Assembly (NCBI GenBank): GCA_004022145.1
Contig: RCNU01000022.1
Direction: 5' to 3' (one strand)
Source: Paecilomyces variotii
Lineage: Eukaryota
DNA length: 64,000 bases
In this document: positions 50,550-62,827 of the stretch, piece after piece
Layout: each line of letters opens with the position of its first letter
How positions within the stretch are numbered: position 1 is the first letter of the stretch
Program-made: the position numbers and the translations under genes
The notes under the pieces: generated by a model
Database searches by the model: none
What the model was told of the DNA's origin: nothing
The model's input: only the letters and a program-made list of their open reading frames with translations

Positions 50550-51982
50550 GTTATGTAAAAGAAAAAAGAAAAAAAAAGTGAAAAATCACCACAACCTCCT
50601 GAAAGCCGCCTGAAAGCAGAGAGGGCGAGCGGAGCTTTTTGATCGGGATGCTTTCGGCTACTCTTCACTTTAGCGTGCTCTTCATACTGTCCTATTATGT
50701 TCTCAAATTCCCCCTTTCGCCATGCTATCCGGACCTGTCCCCTATATCACTGAACTAGCGAGTTTTATTCAGCATTGAACGCCGTTCATATATGTCGAAA
50801 TTTGGTTTTTTTTTTGCTTCCCTGTACCATGTTGTGTGTCCATCCTTACTTACATCTTGCATCATAAACCGTGTTTCCCATTCTCAGTTGGAGTGTCCCA
50901 TGTCTTTTGATAAGACTAAATCTCTGCCCGCCTTTTGACAAATACATATTACTTGCTCTTTAGATGCTGCTATATGAGAAAGAAGTACATGCGGAAAACC
51001 CCGCGCAAGTGCTGTGTTGTATTGTATGTATGTTGACACTTTTAAAATATATCGGGTTGTGTGTGAATCTGGAAGAATTGGTTTTTTTTTTTTTTTTGGA
51101 TGCCCCTTTTTCTTTCTACCACTCTTATATTATCCTTGATGGGATTCCGTAGTCCTCTTTCTTATCATCAATTATTGATTTGATTGTGTATAGTCAATAT
51201 CCATCTGGCGTATATAGAAATATTTTCAAATCCAGAGATCCCTCAATGTTCCAAAGCCGGATAGGAGAGGAGAGGAGAGGAGAGGAGACTACATAATTTA
51301 TATAGCCCATATTACAGTAAAATCACTATTATATGCTCAAAAGAAAACACAGATCAAGACTGTTCTAGCCTACTTCGATCTTATCTTATCTTACAGGCCT
51401 ATGTCCAGTCCACAGTAAGTACTTACTCAGGAAGCGGGCACTGAATATTTTTTTGTTTTTCCCATTATCGCAAAACCAGGTTTTTGTAACACACACTTAC
51501 TTGATCCCGTCGGTGACTAGACGGGGAAGTCGAGAAAAAAAAAAGAAAAAGAAAAAACAGAAACAGAAAAGGACATCAAGAGTGGCTAGAAGGCCACCCT
51601 TCTAGCATTCAGTATGTTTAGAACTTTAGTAGTTGTTGTAGTAGGATCATGCGGGTCTTTCGAAGGTTATTAAAAAAGAAGACAGAAAAGGAGAAAGAGA
51701 GAAAGAAAAAAAAGTAATTGAAACAGTAGTGATGATGAGTTTTGGCATGGTGGAGGGGATAGGAGGACAGTGAAAGGAGGGGGAGAGAAAGGGAGTGTAA
51801 GTGGATGGGTAAGTTGCTAGGTCGTGATGTTACGCCGCTTGTTTCCCTTATGTGCATGTCTCTCTCTCTCCTGTCTTGAAGGTTCCTGAGGGACGAGCAT
51901 TAGTTTTAGAAGGTGAGGCGATGGTAGAGTACTGCAGCAGGTGGTTGCGGACTCATGAGGATATAGAGTGAAAATACCTTTC

Positions 51983-54900
51983 TTAGCCTCGAGCATATGG
52001 ATGAAAGCCACGATGACCTCCACGACCTCCACCGCGATAGTTGGCACCTGGTTTGCCGGCGTTCTTTGGCCCCGTGGGAGCGTTGGCGGGAGCTGCGCTC
52101 TGGGGCTGCGGCGTTGGTCCTTTACTTGATTGAGCCGATGTTGAACGTCTAACGTTTTGATCTGGAGTCATACCACGTCCTATTGATCCTGCACGACTCA
52201 TACCTTGAGGTCCCGTAGGGATACTGGGCTGAGGCACTTCATCGTACATGCCCTCCCACGAAGTCGGTCCTCCTTGCTGGTAAGGAGAGAAACCACGATT
52301 CTCGACGGCTCGACGAGCCTGCTGCTGTTCGTACTTCTGCTGTTCGAAGGCTAATTGTTCCTGGGCATTATATCCAGGTCCGCCGCGCGTACCCGTGAAG
52401 TTTCCACCCATGCCCATGCCTCCGCTGGCTCCCATCGCGTTACCGGCCATACTCATACTAGCTGGTGACATACTCCCTCCCATGGGGCTTACACTGGCGC
52501 CCTGACCCTGGTTCTGCATCTGTTGCATCTGCTGCATCTGCTGCATCATAGCGGGGTTCATCATATTCGGGGGCATGTTGGGCATTGCCTGAGGACCGGG
52601 ACTCGGTGAGGAAGCGTTCATTCCACTTTGTTGCTGGTTACCGCCCATCTGCATCTGCTGCATCTGTTTCATCTGTTGCATTTGCTGCATCATGGCCGGG
52701 TTCATAGCACCCATGCCCATCCCACCCATGGCGCCCTGGCCCTGGGTTGCTGCTGCCATGGCCATCTGTTGCTGCATTAAAGAAAAGTATTGCTGCATTC
52801 TCTGCCAGTATTGAGCCATCATCTGTGGTGTGAGGCCTGCGGCCAAGCCGCCCTGGCTCTGGGCGTTCTGTTGTTGCTGAGAGCTATCGCCCTGATTTGA
52901 ATCGCGAAAGCTTTCCCGTCCACGTCGGTTTCTCCGGTCTTCCTCATCCCGCATATTGCCCCTAGGCTGAGCCTTCTTCACTTCGATGGGCTTACCCAGG
53001 ATCTCCAACGGTCCAGAAAGGGTGGCCTCGACTGCAGCTTCGCTGTCAAACGTGACGAAACCGAATCCACGAGGTCGACCAGTATCTTTATCGATCATAA
53101 GGGTGGCATCCACGACGCGGCCGAACTGCATGAAAAACTGCTTAAAATCCTGTTCGGTTGCTTCTTGACTGACTCCACCAACGAAGATCTTGCTCGTTTT
53201 CTCTTGTTCATCACGGGGAATCGCACGTTTCGGGTCAATCTTCCTGTTGCGTGAGCATATGTTCCTCTCAGTTCTTCGATAATAGGTGCTTTGGGACGAA
53301 GCCACGGCTATGGAGGGAAGGTCTTACGATTTTCCCATCAAGGTAATGCTCCTTGACCATAACAGTATTCACAGTCTTGGGATCTTTGAAAGTGAGGAAC
53401 CCGAAACCACGTGAGCGTCCGGTCGCACCGTCGCGCATCACAGTACATTCCTGGACTTCGCCGAATTGCGAGAAGTAGTCCTTCAGAGATTCTAATTTAA
53501 TCAAAGAGTTAGGTTGCGCTCAGCAAGACCTCATAGATGATAGCGTGGATGTCAGGTGCCATACGATCTGTAGTCTCCCAGTTCAAACCACCAATGAACA
53601 TTTTCCTATATAGTCTAGTGATTAGCAAACGCCGTGATTCCTGTGATACATGAAAGAACTATGTATAGCCAATTATGGATGCAATCGCGAAAAGGGCATC
53701 GAGTAAAAGACACGATCCTGTTGGCTGGAGTGTCTGTCTTGGCTGTACGGCTGACGGCACTGTTGTATTTCTATCCCACCCGTTCCAAAGAGCGAAACAG
53801 AGCGGTTCTCAAGCGGTGAGATTATGTATCGAGGCAAACTGTTGTACGCAGGCCTCAGAAACCTCTCGAATTTTGTAATGTCGTACATCTTCAAGATCAA
53901 AGAGGTAGCCAATGAATTAGCTCCTGTAACCGCCCGCTCCTTATCATCCCCATCATAGCGTTTGCTTGCCCATGTAGACGATTCTAGACAGGTCTCATTG
54001 GTTTACAAACCGGCCAAGAGGCCCGACAGCCCAGCGAGGCGCACTCGTAAGGTCGATGTAGTAAATAGCCAGAGCAAGCCGCATGCTGCAGCGATCTGGC
54101 AAGGTTTCAAGGCGAGAGGCGTGACAACTGATATGTTTTCTTTTTGCTCTGACCGAAGATCCACTGCCTGTCTAAAAGAGCCCGAAGCTAGATAAAGCTG
54201 TTTGACATTCCCACTTCTCGAACAGTCGCGGTTGTCTATTCCTTGCTCAGCTCTAACAAGATATATCGACAAGAAGCTATATAGTATCTGTATACTATAG
54301 TCGCTCGTAACACCGGTTGCTGGATTCCGGAGTTCGACCTGCAGCCCCGATGGAGAGAGATCTGGTGGAAAAAGGCCGATTCATTGCTGCCCCCGATATA
54401 AGCCCATGAGAACCCTTCGTCGACCTTCCGGCCATCAGTTGGCCGCTTAACCTTTTCGCCCCAATAGGATCTTTTCCACATCAGATGAGCAAATAAGGAT
54501 CCACTTCTAGCAGCGCCCGATTTGACCCATGAGAATCACACGCTGAGAAAAAGGAACCAAGCATCTCGTAGGACACTAGGGCGACTTCGCTCCATTGATA
54601 CCCCAGCGTCGTTCCCAGTCCTTCATCATTGCGAACATGATCCGCCTCATTACCACGACCCTCGACCATAGAGGCTAGTCCTACCCCCAAGAGCAAGCAG
54701 AGGATATATAGCTCCGATCTTCCCTCCCCAATTGATAGACCCCTCACGTGCTCATATACAGCCAGCTCAGTGCCGTCGTCGTACCGCAGCCAAGATAACA
54801 TCTCCGAACAAAGAAAAAGAAAATGAGTTGGGAGAATACTGTATCGATGATGGACTTACCCGTCTTCCTTAATACCAGTTCCTCGTGTCTCCGGTCCTAC

Positions 54901-55247
54901 GGGGGTACCGGGCGCATCGCCGCCGTGACCTACATCTGTACCACCGGCAGCATTCTGAAAAGATCCATTATAATCAGTCGGCCTCTGCTCGTGCTCATAT
55001 GCCTGGATCGATGAATTGCCGGTAACATTCTCTCCGGCTGCATGCTCGGTAGTTGGACGGGGTGGCGAAGCGGGAGCAGGCTCGACGTTGGCCGGCGCAG
55101 CATTCGTGGATACTGGATGGTTTGCACTGTCATCCGCGTCGTAACTGGAAGAAAGGACAAGTATTAGATGGTATTCAGAGGAAGGGAGGGTTGGGTGACG
55201 TACAGGTCGGCGAAGAGATCTTCCTCGAGATCCTCTGGTTCGGTCAT
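51983..55247 (-). CDS. HRP1: Two-RRM hnRNP protein, Hrp1/Nab4-Musashi/DAZAP-like
   Basis: MTEPEDLEEDLFADLY, RRM1 KMFIGGLNWETT...RSRGFGFLTF, RRM2 KIFVGGVSQ...RPRGFGFVTF, Q/M/G-rich tail and C-terminal PY-NLS-like RGFHPYAR. Intron 2 (53606-54859) is 1,254 nt. Confidence 0.88.
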
Positions 55248-55934
55248 GATGGTCACTGGCTATAGTGCTAGAGAAAAGAAGAATTTCAGGCCTCGCCAAC
55301 TTCTGACCAGCAGTTATGGGCGCTGTAGATGTGTTATGAACTAAGGGAGCAGCAACAAGTAAGTAATCACCCAGCCCCCTCTGATGGATCAGGTAAGGTA
55401 GGGCTTGGCTTGGCACTGGATGGAGAAAGAGGGAAAGGAGCAAGGGATCGAGAATTAGTGACGGTCCTGACGGAGGGGAATGTGCTGATGATGAAGGATA
55501 GACAGCAGTAACTCGCGACTGCGACGTGCGGGGAGTTGGAAGATTCGAAGTTGATTCGCTTACGGGTAAGCGATCGGGAGAAGTTGAATTCCATCCATCG
55601 TTATACAGGCTCTTGCTGAGCCCGTTCACCGCCCTGGACCAGTGGCAGAAACGGTGGAATCGACCATGTGGAGGACGAGATAGCGAACACCATCGGGCTC
55701 ACAGACACTCGATAGCCACTGCAGATCACCCTGGCTATTGTTCTTCTGTGGTTCAGAGCTCATGCGGATCTCCCAAGACACAGTCAGACTTCCTTTGAGC
55801 TCCTAATGTTATTGGAAAGTTGAGGACCAGGCAGATGGCAAGCAAGAAAGGCCAGCAGCAGGTCCGTAGTAACCCCTCACTACTCCCAATGGCGATATAA
55901 CGTTTTGCGCCGGCTAACATATACGCTGCAGGAG

Positions 55935-58051
55935 ATGGTCCAGGTCGGTTCGTACCTCACTCCCATTACATACCTCTAACTAGGGTGCTGTAGCTGACAT
56001 GAAGTCGATGTTCTCGTTCATTATGAAGATCGCTCCGAGTATGTACCATACCCATCGAGCCTAGATTCGCTTTAGTCCAATGGTATGATTAGAAGTTGAC
56101 AGTTATTATAAGACGGACAGGTGCACCTTTTTGGAAGAACAGGTCAGCATCGCAGCCTCAAGGTGCTTCTAAGCCCTATGACTCCAACACCGTTGTCGGG
56201 GCTTCCTATTCGCATGCGAATATCCTAACGTTCGTAACATGGACCGAGCCAACAGGTTCCCTGGACTCTAGGATATATGAGCTAACCCTGGTTCTTTCTG
56301 GCAGCGGTACATCCCCCCATACGCGACCACGAACACCCCCGCGATATTCATCAACCCCCGGTTCTCGACCGTTGGCTTCTCCGCCTTCTAAAGCTGGAGG
56401 TGCCTCCCTCCCACCTACTAATCAGCCATATTCGAGTATATTATCCCATGGGGTCGGAGGTTGGAGCAATGATAACGAAGAGGACGACGATGACGACGAT
56501 GATGAGATCGTATATGACGACGACGAGGATGAATTCGGACTTCCCAGTCTCGCCAGCATGCGCAGAAAGAGAGACAAAGAATCTCGGGCGTTGCGGAACA
56601 AGCTGAGCGATCCAGGAGGCCGGGGGAGCAATACTTCCAGCATCAGCTATGCCCTGGGTAGTAGTCGGCAGCGAGCGAACAGCTCGGATATCGCAGAGGA
56701 GAGGGGGGCATCCTTATATCCGAACGCGAAGAAATCCGAAGGCAAGATACTTCGCCCTCAGTATAAGGACATACTTAGAGACCCGGTGAACGCATTGAAT
56801 CTCATCGATCATGCTCCGCCGCCGCCAGGCGCGACGCCTAAGGAAGTGGAGATGCATTCAGCACGCATAGGCAGGATCAACAAGTTTAAACGCATTCTCC
56901 AAGCAAGCACCGTCTCTTTGCCCCAACTCCGTGACCTAGCTTGGTCGGGAATTCCCGATGAAGCTCGAGCAATGACATGGCAATTGCTTTTAGGGTATCT
57001 CCCGACTAACAGCGAGAGACGCGTGTCAACATTGGAGAGGAAACGCAAAGAATATCTTGACGGTGTTCGCCAGGCATTTGAGCGAAGTACTGTCGCCGGC
57101 CTCTCGTCCACATCTGGGAATACAGGCTCCATGTCGGGTCGAGGACGTGGATTGGATGAAGCTATATGGCATCAAATCAGCATCGATGTCCCACGTACTA
57201 ACCCGCACCTCGAGCTTTACGGTTTCGAAGCAACGCAACGTTCCCTCGAGAGGATCCTTTATGTTTGGGCGATTAGACATCCCGCAAGTGGCTACGTGCA
57301 AGGAATCAATGATCTTGTCACGCCTTTCTGGCAAGTTTTCCTCGGCATGTATATGACAGACCTGGACGTTGAAAAGGGGATGGATCCCGGTCAATTGCCC
57401 AGATCCGTGCTGGACGCAGTAGAGGCGGACTCATTCTGGTGTCTGACTAAACTGCTGGATGGAATTCAGGATAACTACATTTATGCTCAGCCCGGTATCC
57501 ACAGGCAAGTCAAAGCGCTGCGCGACTTAACTACGCGCATCGACTCAGCTCTTGCCAAACACCTAGAGAATGAGGGAGTCGAGTTCATGCAGTTCAGCTT
57601 CCGGTGGATGAACTGCCTTCTCATGAGGGAATTGAGCATCAAAAATACTATCCGCATGTGGGACACGTACCTGGTATGTTTTCTTCTCCAGAGGAACATC
57701 CTTAAGGGCAGGCTAATTTCGTGATAGGCTGAAGAACAGGGCTTCTCCCGCTTCCATCTCTATGTCTGCGCGGCTTTTCTTGTCAAGTGGTCCGAGCAGT
57801 TGGTAAAAATGGATTTTCAGGTTAGATTCGTCTACTCAGCTCTACAAAGTCACTCACCGAAATAACTGACAAACTCTACATAGGAGATTATGATGTTTCT
57901 CCAAGCTCTTCCGACCCGCGACTGGACTGAGAAAGACATTGAGCTTCTGCTGAGTGAGGCGTTCATCTGGCAAAGCCTGTTTCAGGACTCGAGTGCCCAT
58001 CTCCGACCTGCGGGAGAACAGTCATCTTCTTCCAGCTTCGGCGGGCTATGA
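55935..58051 (+). CDS. GYP1: TBC-domain Rab GTPase-activating protein (Gyp1/TBC1D22)
   Basis: LAWSGIP, TWQLLLGYLP, QISIDVPRT, HPASGYVQGINDL, EADSFWCL and FSFRWMNCLLMRE motifs. The 5' exons, including the 10-nt microexon 56029-56038, are less certain. Confidence 0.92.
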
Positions 58052-58981
58052 AGTCGAATAACGAGGTTCCACAGGAGCCGGTCTCTGAGGGCATGAACAG
58101 TCAACAATAACAACAATAAAAATAATTCTAGGTGAAATCTAAAGGAGTTCGAACGGTTCCGGTTTCTATCTCTATCATGTGTCGGCTATCAGAAACTTCT
58201 GTACATCTTGTCACGGCCTGTGCGATTTTGTCCTACTTTTAGCGGCTGAGGGTGCTCCTGGAATTACCTGTCAAAGCGGATCGACCCAGGGAATCTAGGA
58301 TACAACATCACCTACCGCGATAATTATGCCTTCAAGTTAAATTTCGCTGATATTGGCAGTTACAGGGTTAAATGGAGGGAGGTACGCACTTTGGTCCTGT
58401 CGAGAATCAGTGCCTGTGTTTCATCTATTGGATCATTAGCGCTTGCTCGCGCTTATATTGCACAACTAGATAATGTCGCAAAGTTCTGTTACTTGCTATC
58501 CGATACCTGCTGCGGGAAGTACTTACAATGTAAATATTCTGGAAGCCGGAACTGCTGGTCAGCCTTTGCTACGGAGACTCTTCTCCAGTTAGCTGATATA
58601 CCCCAAATACATGTCCTTGTGGGTGTAACGTCCCATTATTACGCTAGCATTATTCGTGTTCCAGTTGCCAGCGTAAGATATTGCAATCCCCAAAGGTGCT
58701 AATCACCGTAATTTACCTAGAAGGACGTAGCGTGAAGATATCTGGACGATGTTGCCACCATGCCTGCTCTCATCGATACTGTAGTTATGCTGATAAGATA
58801 AGATCGGGGGGCGCCGTCGGTCTAACATTTCTGCGATGCCCGTTCTGGGAACAACGACTGAGACGCCACCGACTTAGTATTTACAGACTTGTTAGCTGCT
58901 CTCATAGGAGCTTCACATAACCTCTCCCGCATATAATCGCGAGGTCAGCTCTCCTGTCCCTCGCCCTTTTATACAGCGACC

Positions 58982-61900
58982 ATGTCGTTCGGTCGGAATG
59001 ATTTCCTGAGCCAGCGTGCGCCTGAGAATTATGTCGCAGGTCTGGGCAGAGGTGCGACCGGTTTCACCACCAGATCAGATCTTGGTCCTGCGCGAGAAGG
59101 TCCTACCCCAGAACAGATCCAGGAGGCTCTTGCGAAGAGAGCGCAGCTTCTGGGAACTGCGCCTCCCACTGCATATGGAGCTGGGCGCGAAAAGGGCCGA
59201 GCAGAGGCGAAGGTAGAGGAAGAGGAAGAGGACGAACGTTTCCAAGATCCGGAGAACGAAGTTGGACTATTTGCCTACGGGCAATATGACCAGGAAGATG
59301 ACGAGGCGGATCGCATATACAAGGAAGTCGATGAGAAGATGGACAGACGGAGAAAAGCAAGAAGGTTAGTACCATCCCCATCCTTTGACCCAGCATATCG
59401 CATTCCCCTTCCCTGTCTTTATTGAAAGCCTTTTGTTCATCCGGTTTTCGGTTGATCTGGACAGAATACCGACTTGAATCCTTTCGCCGTCTATAGGGAA
59501 GCTCGAGAACGTCAAGAACGTGAAGAATACGAACGGAATAATCCGAAAATTCAACAACAGTTCGCTGATTTGAAGCGCTCATTGGCCACTGTCTCGGACG
59601 AAGACTGGGCGAATATCCCTGAGGTCGGAGACCTTACGGGTAAGAACAGGCGCGCCAAGCAGAACCTCAGACAACGCTTCTATGCCGTTCCGGATAGTGT
59701 CATTGCAAGTGCGAGAGATGCCACACAGTTTGAGACGACCATTGCCGAAGATGGCACCCAGACCGATGTGCGCGGTGGAGAGAGCGCAGATGGAACCATG
59801 ACCAACTTCGCTGATATTGGAGCGGCCCGAGACAAAGTGCTGCAGGTCAGACTGGATCAGGCAGCCCAGGGGTCGACTGGCGATACTGCGTCCGGGAGCG
59901 CGACAAATATAGACCCGAAGGGATACTTGACCAGTCTGACAAAGTCAGAACTGAAAGCTGGTGAGGTGGAAATCGGGGATATCAAGCGTGTCCGTGTGCT
60001 GCTAGAGTCAGTTACACGAACAAACCCGAAACATGCGCCGGGTTGGATTGCTATTGCTCGTCTAGAGGAACTTGCTGGACGGATTGGCGCAGCCAGGAAT
60101 TATATCGCGAAAGGATGTGAACTGTGTCCTAAAAGTGAGGACGCTTGGTTGGAAAATATTCGACTCAACGAAGGCCATAACGCAAAGGTTATAGCCGCCA
60201 ATGCGATTAAGAACAATGACCGTTCCACGAGGTTATGGATTGAAGCCATGAAGCTTGAGACTGAACCTCGAGCAAAGAAGAACGTTCTCAGACAAGCAAT
60301 CCTCCACATCCCACAGTCTGTCGCCATATGGAAGGAAGCTGTGAATCTGGAGGAAGACCCCGCAGATGCTCGTCTGCTACTTGCGAAAGCGGTGGAGATG
60401 ATTCCTCTTTCAGTTGAGCTTTGGCTTGCGCTTGCTCGTCTTGAGACGCCCGAGAACGCGCAAAAGGTTCTCAACGCTGCGCGCAAAGCCGTCCCGACAA
60501 GTCACGAAGTATGGATTGCTGCTGCGAGATTGCAGGAGCAGATGGGTACGGCTGATAAGGTCAATGTCATGAAGAGGGCTGTGCAGTCTCTGGCGAGGGA
60601 GAATGCCATGCTGAAGAGAGAGGAGTGGATTGCAGAGGCCGAGAAATGCGAAGAGGAGGGTGCGGTGCTGACCTGTGGTGCCATTATTCGCGAGACCCTC
60701 GGTTGGGGATTGGATGAAGATGACGACAGGAAGGATATTTGGATGGAAGATGCGAGAGGCAGTATTGCCAGGGGTAAATATGAGACTGCGAGGGCTATAT
60801 ACGCTTACGCCCTCCGCGTCTTCGTGAACAGGAAGTCCATCTGGCTTGCCGCAGCCGATTTGGAGCGCAATCATGGAACCAAGGAAGCCCTCTGGCAGGT
60901 TCTGGAGAAAGCCGTGGAAGCTTGTCCTCAGAGTGAAGTGCTCTGGATGCAACTTGCAAAGGAGAAATGGCAAGCTGGAGAGATCGACAATGCCAGGAGA
61001 GTCCTTGGAAGAGCATTCAACCAAAACCCCAACAACGAGGATATCTGGCTTGCTGCTGTGAAACTTGAAGCGGATGCCAGGCAAACTGACCAAGCCAGGG
61101 AGCTTCTTGCTACAGCTCGCCGCGAAGCCGGTACGGATCGTGTTTGGATCAAGAGTGTGGCATTCGAGCGTCAACTGGGCAACACTGATGAGGCACTCGA
61201 CCTGGTCAACCAAGGCCTTCAGCTCTATCCCAAGGCAGATAAGCTCTGGATGATGAAAGGTCAAATCTACGAGTTACAGAACAAGTACCCCCAGGCTCGT
61301 GAAGCGTATGGCACTGGTACTAGAGCCTGTCCCAAATCAGTTCCTCTGTGGCTTCTTGCTTCGAGACTGGAAGAAAAGGCAGGCCTCGTGGTTAAGGCAC
61401 GTTCAGTCCTCGACCGAGCTCGTCTGGCCGTTCCGAAGAACGCTGAGCTTTGGACTGAGAGCGTTAGAGTCGAACGACGAGCCAACAACATCACCCAAGC
61501 CAAGGTGCTGATGGCTAAAGCGCTGCAAGAGGTTCCTGACTCCGGCTTACTCTGGAGTGAGAGCATCTGGCACCTGGAGCCGAGAACGCAGCGGAAGCCA
61601 CGTAGTTTGGAGGCTATCAAGAAAGTGGAAAACGATCCTATCCTCTTCGTCACTGTTGCACGTATATTCTGGGGCGAACGCAGGCTGGAGAAGGCCATGA
61701 CCTGGTTCGAGAAAGCTATTGTCGCAAACAGCGACCTCGGAGATGCATGGGCATGGTATTACAAATTCCTACTACAACATGGCACCGAGGTAAGTTTTAA
61801 AAACCATTTCCACTACTGTCCTCTACATAGAGAAGAAATCTGAGACTAATACCACCGCTACAGGAGAAACGAGCCGATGTGCTAGCCAAGTGTATCGCCA

Positions 61901-62007
61901 CGGAACCCAAACATGGCGAAGTCTGGCAATCCGTCGCCAAAGATCCAGCCAACGCCTACAAGACCGTAGAAGAGGTGCTGAAAATGGTAGTGGAGCGTCT
62001 TGCATAG
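58982..62007 (+). CDS. PRP6: U5 snRNP pre-mRNA splicing factor Prp6 (HAT/TPR repeats)
   Basis: YVAGLGRGATGFTTRSDLGPARE, PKIQQQFADLKRSL, DPKGYLTSL, HAT repeats and EPKHGEVWQ. Introns 59365-59496 and about 61790-61863. Confidence 0.96.
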
Positions 62008-62827
62008 CGTTTTCAAAGAACAAAAAGCATGATTCTCTAATGTCATCTGGGTTATGCTACTTTTTTTTTTCCTTTTCTTGTATACTATCTTTTAGCAATG
62101 GCGTTTGACAAGGCCTGCTAGCAGGTTATGGGGTTTATTCATATTGCTTTGTACTTATATGTGGACGCAAAAGGATGTGATTCGCTTATTGTTATTTCCC
62201 CTTAAATGATTTGCAAATAACTGATTATAAATAACTGCAGAAATTCATAACTAACTAGTAAACTAATAATTTATCCACCGAAGAGCAGTTGCTATATATG
62301 TAATTGATTCTTGATATAGTTACATAATGTCTCTTATCCAAGTTCTTAATTAATCGAACAGTATGCTTTTTATTTATTCTGTCTGCATAATTGATTAACC
62401 TATAGCCAATCTCCTCTGCGGAAAAGCAAGCACAAAGACACAAAATAGAGCAGTATATCAACACATGGGTATCTACCGTAGCCCCTGTCCAGATACAACG
62501 AGGACAAAAGATACATGCTCCCCTTCCTGCGGGAGGTCGTCAATAGCAACGCCCTCGCCTTGGTCCGTCACAGTAGTCAAGATTTTTTTGGTAACACAAG
62601 AGAGGATCAAGCCAAGAGAAGAAGAGAAAAAGGAAAGAAAAAAAAAAGAAGGAGAAGAAGAAAAAAACCCTCAATGAACTCCACGCAATGCAAATATGAA
62701 TGTCCGTGAAATAGAGAAGTTCTCTGCCCGGGAGATCTTCTAGGGACATGTCCAGAGGAGCTGTAGTCAGTCGAGATGGCGCAAAAGAATATTGAGAAGC
62801 GAAAGAGCAGAAATTGCGGTAATGATA

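Noticed and set aside
54481-54632. Box C/D snoRNA candidate (ATGATGA...CTGA) inside the long HRP1 intron
   Set aside because: No proper terminal stem and no convincing rRNA-complementary guide next to box D.
54856-55629. 257-aa ORF extending upstream of HRP1 exon 2
   Set aside because: GTG start, reads through intron 1 and the pyrimidine-rich leader. The ATG at 55247 gives the coherent N-terminus.
33469-56304. Five in-frame, stop-free introns (33469-33549, 36200-36253, 40070-40135, 52120-52173, 56230-56304)
   Set aside because: Among roughly 40 short introns this number is about what chance predicts; no evidence of regulated retention.
60410-61264. 284-aa antisense ORF within PRP6 (and similar antisense ORFs in PDI, hexokinase, JHD1)
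   Set aside because: Shadow ORFs caused by codon bias of the sense genes.
19687-62007. Apparent functional cluster of RNA-processing/chromatin genes (SF3B6, TLS1, PRP6, HRP1, UTP18, JHD1, ARP4)
   Set aside because: Interspersed with unrelated housekeeping genes, and no shared motif was found; ordinary conserved synteny is sufficient.
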